The position numbers and the translations under genes are program-made. A model generated the notes under the pieces. The model was not told the origin of the DNA. It ran no database searches and was given only the letters and a program-made list of their open reading frames with translations. From Cyanophora paradoxa CCMP329 (Eukaryota > Plantae > Glaucophyta): DNA of 64,000 nt. The stretch is taken from positions 1-64,000 of the forward strand of contig QPMI01000137.1 of NCBI GenBank assembly GCA_004431415.1. The letters run 5' to 3'. The stretch's first letter is position 1, and every line of letters begins with the position of its first letter. Shown in pieces: positions 13,151-24,625 of this stretch.

Positions 13151-14467
13151 CACTTAGCCCCTAGATTCCCATCGTAATTGCGGTCGTAATTCCGATCGTA
13201 ATCGCAACTCTAATTCTTCCCGCAGGAACATCGCGCTGCGCTTCTTCTCCGGCGTGGACGCGGGGCGGAGGATGAAGCCCGTGCGGCTCGCCCCGCTCGG
13301 ACCGCCCCGCTCTCCGGCGCCGGCTGCGGCTGTGCATGCGGCTGCTGCGCATGCCCCGGTGGCGGCCGGCGCCGGCGCCCCTATCGATGCTGCTATCGAT
13401 GATGCAGGTTCACCTGAAGTCATCATTGACGTGGATGACGCCGAGCTTGCCCCTGGCGTCGCTTCCTCCCTCGGCCTAGCTCCTCCGTCGTCGCCTGCAG
13501 GCCCCGACGCGGCAGGCCCCTCCTCTGCCCCATCGTAGTTTGTAGGAACCCCAGGGGGAAGTTGCGCGCCCCCCTTCAGAGGGCCCTGCCTGCGTCGTCC
13601 GCGGCTTCTCGCCCCCGTAGGTAGCACCGCCGCTTCTAGCCTGCGTTGTCCGCGGCTGGTATGCCAGTGTTATCAATGTGCATGTCCATATTCTCTGAAC
13701 CCTCTCTTACCTCTTTCACCTTCTTATCAGCCCTCTCCCTGCCGCACAATTTGAATGGGCTGTTGCACAGCGATTTGATCCGTGCACACGCCATTGGCCA
13801 TTCACCTCTTTCACCTTGTTCTTCGCCCTGGCAGCAGATTCCTTGGCCTGCTCCCAGTCTGCTAAGTTAGCTTTTCCATCCACGTTAGCCGGGCTCACCT
13901 CTTTTGCGGTGTTCTGAGCTACGCTGATCGCCTGTTCGCCCTGCGCGCCAGCATCACATCGCTGAGGACACCACCAACTGCAGGAGATCAATGACGCACC
14001 ATATCCTTGCCGACTGTATAGGCAAGCGTCGCCCCCGTCAAGAATACCCCGGCGAATTTCCAATAGGCAGGCTCCGTTATCGATGCCGATCTGTGTATGG
14101 AGGAGAACTGGTTAGCCGCGCTGTGCTCCTTTGGGCGCACCCGCGTGTTTACGTGGGCGTGCTGCTCATCCTCTCTGCGACGGTCGCTGGCGCTTGCGTT
14201 GCACGTGTTGACGTTCCATAACAGCGGAGGCCTCGAGCCGTGCTTGCGGACGCGAACGCTCGCATTCTGCGGACGCTCGGTTCTGCGGACGGTCTGCTAG
14301 ATACAATAGACCCTAGGGAGCAAGCGAGGGGTCCTAGAGCTCGCGGTTGCTCTAAACGTCAACAAGCAGCGCTAGCGAGCGTGCCGCAGTACGTGCCGCA
14401 CTGCGAGCATGCACTGCGGCAAGCACCGCGGCGCAATGTCAACTGTACTCTGTACCAACTCTGTACC

Positions 14468-14891
14468 TGCTCTTTCTAAGCTACGGGCGCGGCCGGACCT
14501 CCTACCTCAGCGCTATCACTGTACCCGTGCTGTTTGGGTGAGAGTGTAATTTGCAGGGACTGGTGCCCTGATGGAAAAAAGGGAATCGGAGCCTAGCTAG
14601 CTACGAGCTGAGCAGGCGCTTCGCGTCCACGCCCGTGCCGTAGCGGATGAAGATGCTCCTGCGAGAGGTTTGTGCGATCAGTACGATTACGATCGCAATC
14701 GGGCGGCGCTGGGAGGGCGAGCCGGCCCTAGGCCTAGACGGAAAATTACGCCGTGGCTAGGCCGTGTCGGGACTAGGCGGGGGGAGCAGCGATTGTGTAT
14801 AGGCGTGTATAGACACAACACGCACCGCGCGGCGCCGCCGTCGCGGTCCGCCCGGAAGCCGCACCCGGGGCGGCACTCGAAGACCCTCTTC
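14468..14891 (-). mobile_element. 5'-truncated Fanzor element copy 2 (Zn-finger/RuvC-III exon end, last intron, last exon, omegaRNA end)
   Basis: Reverse complement of ~21271-21699: encodes KRVFECRPGCGFRADRDGGAAR|SIFIRYGTGVDAKRLLSS* and ends in TTAGAAAGAGCA. Confidence 0.85.
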
Positions 14892-15419
14892 TTTTTGAAC
14901 TTTTACTTTTACAGCGTGCGAGTGTCTTGGAATGAAGCGGAGCGAACCCGTACACGCCTGGTCCGATTCCTGTGACCGTCATATGCGCGCAGATGGGCAC
15001 CTGGCCATGGGACACGTGCAGATTGGTGTCCCTGTCCTTGTGCCTGCTCACCACCACCATGCTTCTCCTTGTAAGCGGCTTTCCGATGGTGGGCTGCTGC
15101 TTGATCAGCATTCGTAATATTCCACATGTTTTAATTAATGCTATCAATTCATTTCTACATACACAGGAGAGTACTGCGGGCCCGTCTTCTTGGACTCACG
15201 GTGTTCATGGCCAAGCATACTCGTATCAGAATCCGTACGGCCCGTACGCTGGAGGCGGCCAGCAGGGCCCGTACGGCCCGTACGCTGGAGGCGGCCAGCA
15301 TGCGCAGGGCCTCCCTCCGTCCGCCCCCCCCCCCCCTCCCCCTCCCCCCGCCCCCCTCCCTCCCCAGTCCTTGGCAAGGTGACCTTGAACGCATCGCGCG
15401 CCACGCAGGCAGATTCCTT

Positions 15420-15638
15420 GGCAGCTGCAGCAGATTCCTTGGCCTGCTCCCAGCTGCAGTCTGCTGAGCTAGCTTAATCTCTTGCATTATAATCATAATA
15501 ACAAACTTGCGGCGTCGTTGCCACAGAGCGCGTGTCGCGAGCGAAGTGAGCTTCCAGGCTGTATGATTCTCGAGAAGGCAAGCGCTAGCCCGGCAGGAAA
15601 ACATAGAAAAACACTCGTATACGGAAGGCCTTGCGCCC
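15420..15638. repeat. Dispersed repeat family D (copies 15420-15638, 24988-25206; short piece 13830-13870)
   Basis: Shared GCAGCAGATTCCTTGGCCTGCTCCCAG...TTGCATTATAATCATAATAACAAACTTGCGG...GGAAGGCCTTGCGCCC. Confidence 0.9.
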
Positions 15639-18600
15639 AAGCCTGCCATATATACATTAATATTTTGGCGACAGCGAGAAACGGCCCAGATCAAAGCTAA
15701 GACGACGTCCTAATCGTAACGTTAACTTGTTTTCGCAATAAACGGCTTGCGCCAAAAACTCGTGTACCCCTAAAACGGCTCTTTTAGAACCATCTTTCTA
15801 CAGCGCGCCTGTGAACGAGCGTGAGAGACGTGAGCTCGAGAGAGCCCTATCGGTCCCTTGTGGCTGGAGCAAGCGTCGCGGCGTTGGTAGCCTCAAGCTA
15901 GTATGGCGAGCTTCCCGGATGGTCCCGTCCAGTACTACACAACGAGAGGTGCGTAGCTGGTTGCTGGGCGAGGTACAGTAGCGAAGCTTTGCGAGTGTTC
16001 CTGTAGATGCGGCTTGGACAAATCCGCCGGTCCCCGACATCTCTCGCCAACCTTAGCTACACCGCGGCACACTAAATCTCTAGCTAAAGCTCACTCTAGC
16101 TAAACTTCCTGGCTTGGGCGTGTCTTCTGCACACTCTCTCAACTTTAGCTACATCGAGGCATTCGCACTAAATCTCTAGCTAAAACTCTCCTCGCTAAGC
16201 CTCGCTGCGGACCGGTTAGCTAAGTTCACCCCGCAGACCAAACCGGATACCGGGGGAACTGGAGGGATCCTCCGCAAATTGATTCACGCGTGAACAAAAT
16301 CAACCCGGAAAAAGGTCAAAAACTTTTCGAGAGGGGATCCCATTCTTAATTTAACACTGGTGGCGCAGCTAATCTGATTCTTAGCGAGACGATTGTGAGA
16401 GAAGCTCAGGGCCAGGATAGGTTTGCTCGCCCCTGCCTGAAACTCATTTTCTGAAGTTTCAAGGCCAGGGCACACATCGCGCACCAGAAGAGAGTTTCGC
16501 AGTACAACCGGGCAAATGATACGATGAAGAATGGCACGCTGCGCACATCCCCCGCGTGGATGGAGCGTTCCCTGCCAACGAACATCCCAGGTACTTTTTC
16601 CAGTTAGCACCCCCCAGATCAGTATACTGTATACTCAGTATATTGCAGATCACCCGGCAAGCATTAACGTCAATTCTCTTCGGTCAGCCGCACGACCCTC
16701 GGGTTTCCCTGGCGTCGTGGATGGGATCAAATCGTTTTCATCGACCGTCAACGTTGGGAATTTCGTGGAAGAGCGTGCTGATCAATCCTACACGGGAAAT
16801 CTTCCCGCTGCGCTTTCAAGGCAGAATAAGCACTACGAGACCGAGTACTCGTGGGCCACCACACATGCTCGACATGCAGTGCCGCCGGCCCCATCAGCGA
16901 TTTCACGCACCCTGCCGGTCAGAGCCAACCATTTTTTTTTGCAATTTAGAAGCTAACGTTATGCATGCAGAGCCTTCCAAAGACTATCGCACAACACGAT
17001 AAACAACCAGAAACGGAGTACATCTTCTATGTCAGTCTCCTATATATCTGAGGGGCATGCAGCATTGTTGTACTGACACTTGAGGGGCGTGCAGCAACGA
17101 CCTGTTGCAGCCTACGATGCGCACGATACGGATCCTCGATACCCTCTGATGAGGCCAGCAACGCGTGTCAAAGTTTTCGAAACGACCACCATGGCTTCGT
17201 TCCTGCCTCCTCGGGTGCGAAGCCTGCTCATTCTTTTGAAACGTTCAACGGTTATGTTCTCAATGATGCTTCATCAGCATCAAGCACCGCCATTCACGCA
17301 TCCAGACAAAGAGATCGTCAAATACGGGCAGGATCTTGACCAGTGCGCAGTGAATCAAGGAGGAATTCCAGACCGCATCGATATCTAATTGTATAGCAGG
17401 TACCGAAACCGCTGGACCCGAAGCTCGCAGCCAAGTCTCAGCAGAATGCAAACGGAGTACCAGAGAAGATACCTCAACGCCAGGCCCCGCACTGACCCCG
17501 GGACAACCTCAGGCCAGCTGTAGCTGGACCGGCATCATTTCGACAAGCTTCATGTATCGTTCGAACGCGGTTGCGACACATGATGTTCACCATATAACTA
17601 TATATGAGACGTCCTAATCGTAACACTCTTGGCGGGGCGTCGATCTGGGCGGGGTTAACGTTGGACGACTTGCACAGGGACGAGGTTCGACTTGCAGTTC
17701 AATCGAAAAGGCCCTCTGCTTCCCAGGCCTTGACCAGTGCAGCCACCAGGTCCGCAAGAGGTATAGGAGCCGGGAGCGCGGAAGTGCCATACACGTTCTC
17801 TTCCAGTAGATCGATATCAATGTAGCGCTCACGCCGCTTCTTCGAAGAACCCTAGAGAGATTGCTGAGCTTGCGCAAAAGAAGGGGGCTCGGAAGCGAAG
17901 CGGTGAACGCAGACCTGGCGCGCGGCCGACCCTGACTTCCAGAGCCGCCTCTCCGATTCCCATCTGGGCAGCCCTGCGCCGCGGTAGTCTTAGCTAATAT
18001 AGCGCTGTGCTAGCGCCGCCAGGGCGGACCGAAGACAGCGGGCGCTAGGTTTGCAGACGCTGGGCCCGCCGAACTCATCAGCGCGCGGCGTGCTCGCGCA
18101 TGCAACGTGCAGTCAAGCTCGTTCCTCAGCTCCTCCACTGAATGGCCCTCCCGCGAAAATCGATGCAGCTCAGTGGCGGCCGATCGAACAGCGGATTCGC
18201 GTGCAGCCTCGGCGAGCGGTACGATACGGCGAGCTCAGCTCTAGCGCTTTTCGCTGATCGGCCCGAATTTCCCCGAAATCCAGATGTGTGTGGGGGTACT
18301 CAAGAAGGATCAAATTGCCCCTCTCTTCGAATTATATATATATATAACATAAACGTGTAACTTGAATTAAACTTCGAGCACAACAGTTCAAGGAACGAGG
18401 GCACAGCTGCAGCCGACGTCGACATGTACAGGCTGGCTACCTCGCCAGCCTGGTCGCTAGACAGCTACCGTAGTACGTATATATATGTATACTATATATG
18501 ATACGTAACGGCATGCAGGGCCCGGGGCGCTTCTTGCTGACTCATGATCACTGATCGCATTTGGACACGTCACGGCGTGCACGTAGTAAAAACGCAGGTC

Positions 18601-19033
18601 CGGGCTACAAGAGTGGGAATGTATACGTACACTGCGGCCGCCCCGGCCGGGGGCGCCGCGGGCCCAGCCCACCAGCGAACTGGCCGGCCGGGCCCTGCAG
18701 CTGCGAGGCCCCCTGAGCGAGGCATTAATATTACTCTCCAGGTCATTTCAAGGTCAGAGCCCTTGCTGATCGGCCCAATGGCCAGTGGTTGGGTGGGGCA
18801 AGGATCAAATGGCTAGCGCTAGCGGCCAGCTTCAGGTCGTCGCCCATAATCATAATCGCCATGAAAGGGGTCCAACAAGCGTATCGATACGAGGGGTTTG
18901 CGTTTTTAGTACGTGTCGAAATGCTCTCCGCTAGACGCGCTTTCGTGAAATCTCAAGGTATTATGCGGTTTGTGTACAAGGGTCCCTATTGAGCCAAAAA
19001 TGAAGGCCCCTAGCGAGCCAGAAATTCGCCGGT

Positions 19034-19819
19034 TTAACCGCGGCGGGTCATGGAGCGAGCCATGTCCAAGAACGACTGCATGTTCTTGCCAGGGAAGCGA
19101 CGGTCGGTCGAGACCTGGACGGCCGAGGAACGGCGGATCGCGGCCGGCGACATGACGGACACCACGGGGCTGGTCTTCTTCGGGGCCATGGTGACCTTGG
19201 GGGCCTTGGCGATGCCCTACGCACGTCCGATTCAATCGCGGCCGGTGCATCAGAAGCGCGCTCTGCATCGCACCGACTTCTGCTTCTCCAGCTCGGAGTC
19301 GAGGACCTTCTTGTCGTTGATGCGGTTGTTGAAGATGGTGGGGTCATCGACGTACAGGGCGCCTGCGAAACGGACTCAGCTACACCTCATGCAGAAGGCG
19401 ACTTTGCACTCGCGCACTCTCTTCAACCTTGACCTGCGGGACCGAGACCTTACAGTTAGTCGTGCGCGCATGCAATTTCGATTCGGAAGTGTCTATATGC
19501 TTTCGAAACGCTCTTCTCGTTCCGCGCAAACAGTGCCAAGCGCGCTAGGGCAACCCAACCAGCACCGCTCGCCTTCGGGGTCGGGAGGTTCACGGACGGG
19601 AGCTTCACGTTCGGGATCGAGATCTTAGGGCCCTTCTTCTCCTCCTCCGCCTTCATAAGGAGCTGCGAGAACACGGGCAGGTGAGCTGCCGAGCCGGCTG
19701 GAACACGCATCTCCAAAACACTACGTCTGACGGAGCCGCACCGGGTGGCTCCATGCCGACGACGACGAGGCGCCGAAGAACGCGGGGATGGGGGTGGCGG
19801 CGGCCTGGAAAACGTTCAT
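19034..19819 (-). CDS. Small plastid-targeted protein; C-terminus resembles cyanobacterial ApcG/ApcI-type phycobilisome linkers; multi-exon
   Basis: Transit-peptide-like start MNVFQAAATPIPAFFGASSSS; exons LYVDDPTIFNNRINDKKVLDSELEKQK and ...DRRFPGKNMQSFLDMARSMTRRG*. Family assignment is from recalled motif similarity only. Confidence 0.5.
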
Positions 19820-19949
19820 GGCTGCAGATATGTGATGAACGTGATGAACAGGGGTATAGGAAGCAGGCGGATTGAGAAGGGGTACTGTGCCACAATATGC
19901 CTCAGAGTTGCGATTACGATCGGATTTCGAGTTGCGATTACGACGTTCA

Positions 19950-20205
19950 ACTTTCGTCCAACTTTCGTCCAACTTTCGAATTCGTCCAGCCTCCATTCTG
20001 CCGATGGGCACGTGCGCACGCCGGGGAGGATAACTGGTTCTTCCAGAGAGCCCACCGGAGAGCCCGCCACGTGCGCGTGCAGCCGCGTGCCGCGTGCCTG
20101 GGGCAGAACCGGTTCTTGTGGGCCGGGCGAGCGTCCGCCGCGCGCGGCTCGCAGTTCGTCATTCGAGAAGGGCGCTCTGCGGTTCTGCGGTGGCAATGGG
20201 AAGGT

Positions 20206-20225
<20 letters not shown>
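19950..20225 (+). repeat. Inverted duplicate of 38365-38625 (11-bp repeat end plus a spliced coding-like fragment)
   Basis: Near-identical reverse complement, including AACTTTCGTCC units and the frame HAGEDNWFFQRAH..HVRVQPRAACLGQNRFLWAG followed by an intron-like GCGAG...CGCAG. Confidence 0.88.
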
Positions 20226-20236
<11 letters not shown>

Positions 20237-20888
20237 GCGCCTCCCTCCCGCCGCCCTTTACGCCGGCCCCGCAGACGTCGAGGGAGGCCCCGCCGCGGGC
20301 CCGAGCCCGCACCGGATCCCGTGCGCCTCTGCCGTCTCGCCCTTCGCCCTCTTTCGCTCATCCTCCTCGCAGGGCGAGCCGCCTGACGGGTCGCGCGCGG
20401 GGCGCCTGACGGGGTGCACCGGAGAGCCAACTTGGCAAGCGTAATCGAACTCAAAACGTCCAAGTTACACGTTTCATCCAACTTCCAATTCGAAGGCAAT
20501 CATGAACTGCGAAGCGCTAGCTAGACTGTTGGGCGCATGGCAATGGGGTCCGTCTGGATCCGGGGCTTGCCACTGACTCAGTGAGATATCTGGAAAAAGA
20601 ATGAGCAGGCTTCGCACCCGAGGAGGCAGGAACGAAGCCATGGTGGTCGTTTCGAAAACTTTGACACGCGTTGCTGGCCTAGGCCTCATCAGAGGGTATC
20701 GAGGATCCGTATCGTGCGCATCGTATACGTAGGCTGCAACAGGTCGTTGCTGCACGCCCCTCAATCAGAGTTGCGATTACGATCGGAATCAGAGTTACCA
20801 AGTTAACGTTGCGATTACGACGGCGGGCGTCCCCGGTCACTGAATCTTGTACTCTTTGTAATGTAACCACGCATGGCGCGCGACGTAG

Positions 20889-21566
20889 TTTTCTCGCGGG
20901 GCACGCTCGGATGGTCATCGTGCCGGAGTTCCGCACCAGCCAGATGGTCGGCGAGCTCTGTCGGCGCGCCCGCCCCGGGAATTCCGCTCACTTTCCCCTG
21001 CAGGTCGCCCGCAAGGGGCGGGCGATGCTCCCGTGGGTGGCGCGTCAGGCTCTCGACTGCCGCCACTACGAGTACGCTGGTCTTGCGTTTCGACTCCCTC
21101 TGCCAAGCGGTCTTGATGCTTATTTTGCGCAGGTTCCGGCAGCTCATGCAGCACGCCGTCCGGCGGCACCCCAAGGACGAGGACCCGCCGTGCACGCTCC
21201 AGCTCGTCTGCGAAGCCTGGACCTCGAAGACGTGCGGGATGTGCGGCAAGACCAACTACACGCTCGGCTCGAAGAGGGTCTTCGAGTGCCGCCCCGGGTG
21301 CGGCTTCCGGGCGGACCGCGACGGCGGCGCCGCGCGGTGCGTGTTGTGTCTATACACGCCTATACACAATCGCTGCTCCCCCCGCCTAGTCCCGACACGG
21401 CCTAGCCACGGCGTAATTTTCCGTCTAGGCCTAGGGCCGGGCCGGCTCGCCCTCCCAGCACCGCCCGATCGCGATCGTAATCGTACTGATCGCACAGACC
21501 TCTCGCAGGAGCATCTTCATCCGCTACGGCACGGGCGTGGACGCGAAGCGCCTGCTCAGCTCGTAG
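20889..21566 (+). pseudogene. Fanzor (eukaryotic TnpB homolog, Fanzor2-like) C-terminal half with three spliceosomal introns; 5'-truncated
   Basis: Splicing 20889-20946/21004-21071/21133-21336/21509-21566 at GT-AG sites gives FLAGHARMVIVPEFRTSQMVARKGRAMLPWVARQALDCRHYEFRQLMQH...VCEAWTSKTCGMCGKTNYTLGSKRVFECRPGCGFRADRDGGAARSIFIRYGTGVDAKRLLSS*: RuvC-II region, C4 zinc ribbon and RuvC-III DRD. RuvC-I and the N-terminus are absent. Confidence 0.88.
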
Positions 21567-21699
21567 CTAGCTAGGCTCCGATTCCCTTTTTTCCATCAGG
21601 GCACCAGTCCCTGTGGGTTACGCTCTCACCCAAACAGCACGGGTACAGTGATAGCGCTGAGGTAGGAGGTCCGGCCGCGCCCGTAGCTTAGAAAGAGCA
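21567..21699 (+). ncRNA. Putative Fanzor omegaRNA scaffold / element right end
   Basis: Directly 3' of the Fanzor stop; conserved in three copies with a sharp common end; hairpins CAGGG/CCCTG, TGGGT/ACCCA, ACGGG/CCCGT and a possible pseudoknot GCTCT (loop) with terminal AGAGC. The 5' end may overlap the last exon. Confidence 0.65.
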
Positions 21700-21703
21700 A
21701 ATG

Positions 21704-23030
21704 CTACATCACGTTACACTCCCCGCCAGGCGCAATGTTTGGTAATACAGGGCTTCCGTCGGGACCAAACTGCACCTGCGGCGCAACATCTTTCAACAGC
21801 TCCGGTGGTGGTGGTCCTGCAAAGGGCAGCCCCGTTCAGAGGCCCACAGACGAACCGCAGCAAGAGCTGTCCCTGCACGCACCACAGTCCTGCATCTGCT
21901 CAAGAGGAACATGGTTCTGTCAGCTAAGTTTCAGATGAAAGAGCCCGTGTCAGACCTCTTGCATGAGCTGGACGAGTTTGGGATAGTCCTCTGCACCAGC
22001 CTCGTACACAGCGCATATCTGCTTTACATAGTCGTACTGCTTCTGGAATTTGTTGAACTCTTCTTCCCCAATCATCGATGCAGGGTGCTCTTCGAGATAC
22101 GTTGGGTACTGTGCCAGGCCATTAGATGCAAGTGAAATGCAGAAGAAGTTGGAGAAAGGAAAGACGAAACCGTCACACCTTGTCTCGAATCTGCGAAAGA
22201 GGTGGATACAGAACGTCGCGAGACAACATGTGCTTCATCATGTTCTGCATGCTTGGCAGTCAGGCACTGAGAAATGCACGCAAGCCAGTTGGTGCAGACC
22301 TCCATCACGCTGCTGAACTGGGGGTCGTCGCCTAACCTAGCAAAGCTACAATCCCTGTAAGATAGTTCAACCGGCGCAGGCTCACAGGAACGCACTGCTC
22401 GGCCAGTCGCTCCATCACCGCCTCGTTCAATTCTTGTTGCCGAGCCTCCGGCATCGCCTTCGAGTCTCGTCGAGGCAAGTCGGAAGGCAAAACCGCTTGC
22501 GGCGCACCTCGAACTGGCGGGCGCTATCCTGCAGAAGAGACAGCGCAGCGGACATGTTGCGATCGAAATCTTGCCCTTCCTCGGTCGTCCCCTCCGGCGC
22601 ACCATCGCCGCGAGGCGCTCCGGCACCCAGCGCTTGGAACATCGAGGCGAGGTCGGGCACGTTGCCGGACGGATCTTCCCCGAGACGCCGCACGGCTTCC
22701 TCGAAACTGTTCCTGAACTCTGTGTTGCCCGCAAGACCAGAGAAGAAGTTGCTGCGGCGGGATGCGTGAGGCAAGAGCGCCGCGCACGGCGCGCTTCGAC
22801 CAGAACCTCATTTCGCGTGACAGATCGTCCGCGACGCGGTCGCCCTCCGGATTCGCATCGGGACCCTCGGGCTCCGCTGCAGACGCCGCGCTCGCGCCCC
22901 CGGCGCCGGAGCCGTGCTCGAACTCGTTGAGCGCATCTGCAGTCAGCGCGTAAGCGCTCAGCGGCGCCCGTGAGCTTGCGCGTGCAGTCAACACCGCACT
23001 CTCGAGAATCGAGTCGAGGTCGTCCGCCAT
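21704..23030 (-). CDS. PEX19: Peroxisomal biogenesis factor 19, multi-exon
   Basis: N-terminal MADDLDSILESA-LNEF Pex3-binding motif, LSKVRRRPQFSSVME and LMQE segments, and C-terminal CaaX box GGECNVM* (stop at 21704-21706). Confidence 0.88.
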
Positions 23031-23112
23031 GTTCGTTAACAAGGCGTTGCTGTGCAAAACGCGTGCCAAAATTACGCTGCGCTCTTGCTGAAGCCTCTTC
23101 GAGAAACTAGCT

Positions 23113-24147
23113 ATGGGGATGGCTCTTGGTACCGTAGTACCCCTCCGGGGGATGGACTCGGATCATCGGATCAAGGAATTTTGGCGTTTGCTTTTCTCTG
23201 CGGTCAACCTCCAACCTATGCCGGTGAATTCTGCTCGCTTCCTCGCTTTCCTTTTGACTGGTTCCGTCCGCGTTCACAACACTGGTTGGATGTACATTCA
23301 GCATTGGGAATGGCAAACTCTCCGCATTTTAGGACTTCATTCAATATTCACTTCCTATGCCTCTCTTTATCGTGTTGGTCGGAATGAGGCCTGCAAAACT
23401 CACTCTCTCCTTCCCGATCTTCAGCTACCCCTTACCCCGTCTTCTACTGCTGGTTTTACTGTGGATCGATTGATGCGTACCTTCTTTCAAGAGCTCGACC
23501 GCTTGTTGGAAATTCTTCCTCATCGCCTTCCTCCTCACCGCCGTGTGCGCTTCTTTTCTGATTTTCATACTGTTCCTCAGATTGACCCCTTCCGGTCTTC
23601 CTTCTGTGAACAACTGCTTGGTGCAGCGCGCGTGTTTGACTCAACCTGGCAACGATATCTTTCCTGTGAGCATGTTCCTGCTGCTCACCCTCCTTCGCAT
23701 CTCCAACCTAGCCCGCTTCCGCTAGTCTTTCCTGCTGCCGTTTTACGTCCTGAACTTCTACACACTCTCAAGCGTCCTCCTACTTTCGTAGATCCTTCTG
23801 ACTCCGACTCTGATTCTTCGTCTGATGGGGATTCGATCTCTTCTGCTTCCTCTTCATCTTCTCGTGTTCCTAGTCGAGAGCGTGATGATGTCCCTGGTAC
23901 TCCAGAATATATAGAGCCTATTGCGGACAACCCTCTTCCTGCACATGCTCCTGAACCCGCTTTGCTCCATAGACCCCGAGCGTCTTTTGCTAGTTCTAGT
24001 GCTCGATCAGATTCATCTAGTCCTGTAATCTATATTACAGATGATGACTTCTCTGACGCTGCTTCTGATTCTAGTCCTGTAGTCTTTATTAGTGATGATG
24101 AAGATGAGCTTGACATCCCTTCTATCTACCCCAATTTTGCACTTTGA
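23113..24147 (+). CDS. Intronless orphan ORF (344 aa) inside a compositionally alien insertion (23114-24686)
   Basis: Long uninterrupted ORF with a pyrimidine-rich, lower-GC coding strand; acidic/Ser-rich C-terminus with two SIM-like motifs (VIYITDDD, VVFISDDED); followed by hairpin ACCCCACCCG...CGGGGTGGG and a T-rich tract. Confidence 0.6.
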   Translation: MGMALGTVVPLRGMDSDHRIKEFWRLLFSAVNLQPMPVNSARFLAFLLTGSVRVHNTGWMYIQHWEWQTLRILGLHSIFTSYASLYRVGRNEACKTHSLLPDLQLPLTPSSTAGFTVDRLMRTFFQELDRLLEILPHRLPPHRRVRFFSDFHTVPQIDPFRSSFCEQLLGAARVFDSTWQRYLSCEHVPAAHPPSHLQPSPLPLVFPAAVLRPELLHTLKRPPTFVDPSDSDSDSSSDGDSISSASSSSSRVPSRERDDVPGTPEYIEPIADNPLPAHAPEPALLHRPRASFASSSARSDSSSPVIYITDDDFSDAASDSSPVVFISDDEDELDIPSIYPNFAL

Positions 24148-24324
24148 GACGCGATACCCCACCCGTGCCGTTCAGGGAGCCGGTATCGGGGTGGGATTCG
24201 TGTATTTGATATCTTTTTTCTCTCTCATTTTGTAACCACCACCCAGACTCGAGTTCGAGTCCTGGGAGTGTCTTTTACTTGCTCTCTCTCTATCGGATCA
24301 AGGACTCGGGATCATCGGATGTCC

Positions 24325-24625
24325 GACCTTAGGCTTCCTCGTCCGGTCCAACCTCTAATCGCAATCGACCTTAGGCTTCCTCGTCCGGTCCAACCTCTAA
24401 TCGCAATCGACCTTAGGCTTCCCCGTCCGGTCCAACCTCTAATCGCAATCGACCTTAGGCTTCCTCGTCCGGTCCAACCTCTAATCGCAATCGACCTTAG
24501 GCTTCCCCGTCCGGTCCAACCTCTACTCGCAATCGACCTTAGGCTTCCCCGTCCGGTCCAACCTCTAATCGCAATCGACCTTAGGCTTCCCCGTCCGGTC
24601 CAACCTTTAATCGGAATCGCAATCA
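24325..24625. repeat. 42-bp tandem repeat, 7 copies (GACCTTAGGCTTCCYCGTCCGGTCCAACCTCTAATCGCAATC)
   Basis: Directly visible head-to-tail units without spacers. Confidence 0.97.

Noticed and set aside
14030-15382. Possible small membrane-protein gene with a Pro-rich tail interrupted by Fanzor copy 2
   Set aside because: Exon-like pieces exist, but I could not assemble a coherent gene model or assign a family.
15960-16200. Family B reverse strand as another degenerate Fanzor C-terminus (PRC...ARDVG)
   Set aside because: Needs frameshifts and passes through stops, and the segment is itself internally duplicated; insufficient support.
24325-24625. 42-bp array as a CRISPR array or as a DLRLPRPVQPLIAI repeat protein
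   Set aside because: Units are head-to-tail with no unique spacers and there are no cas genes; the ORF follows from the 42-bp period.
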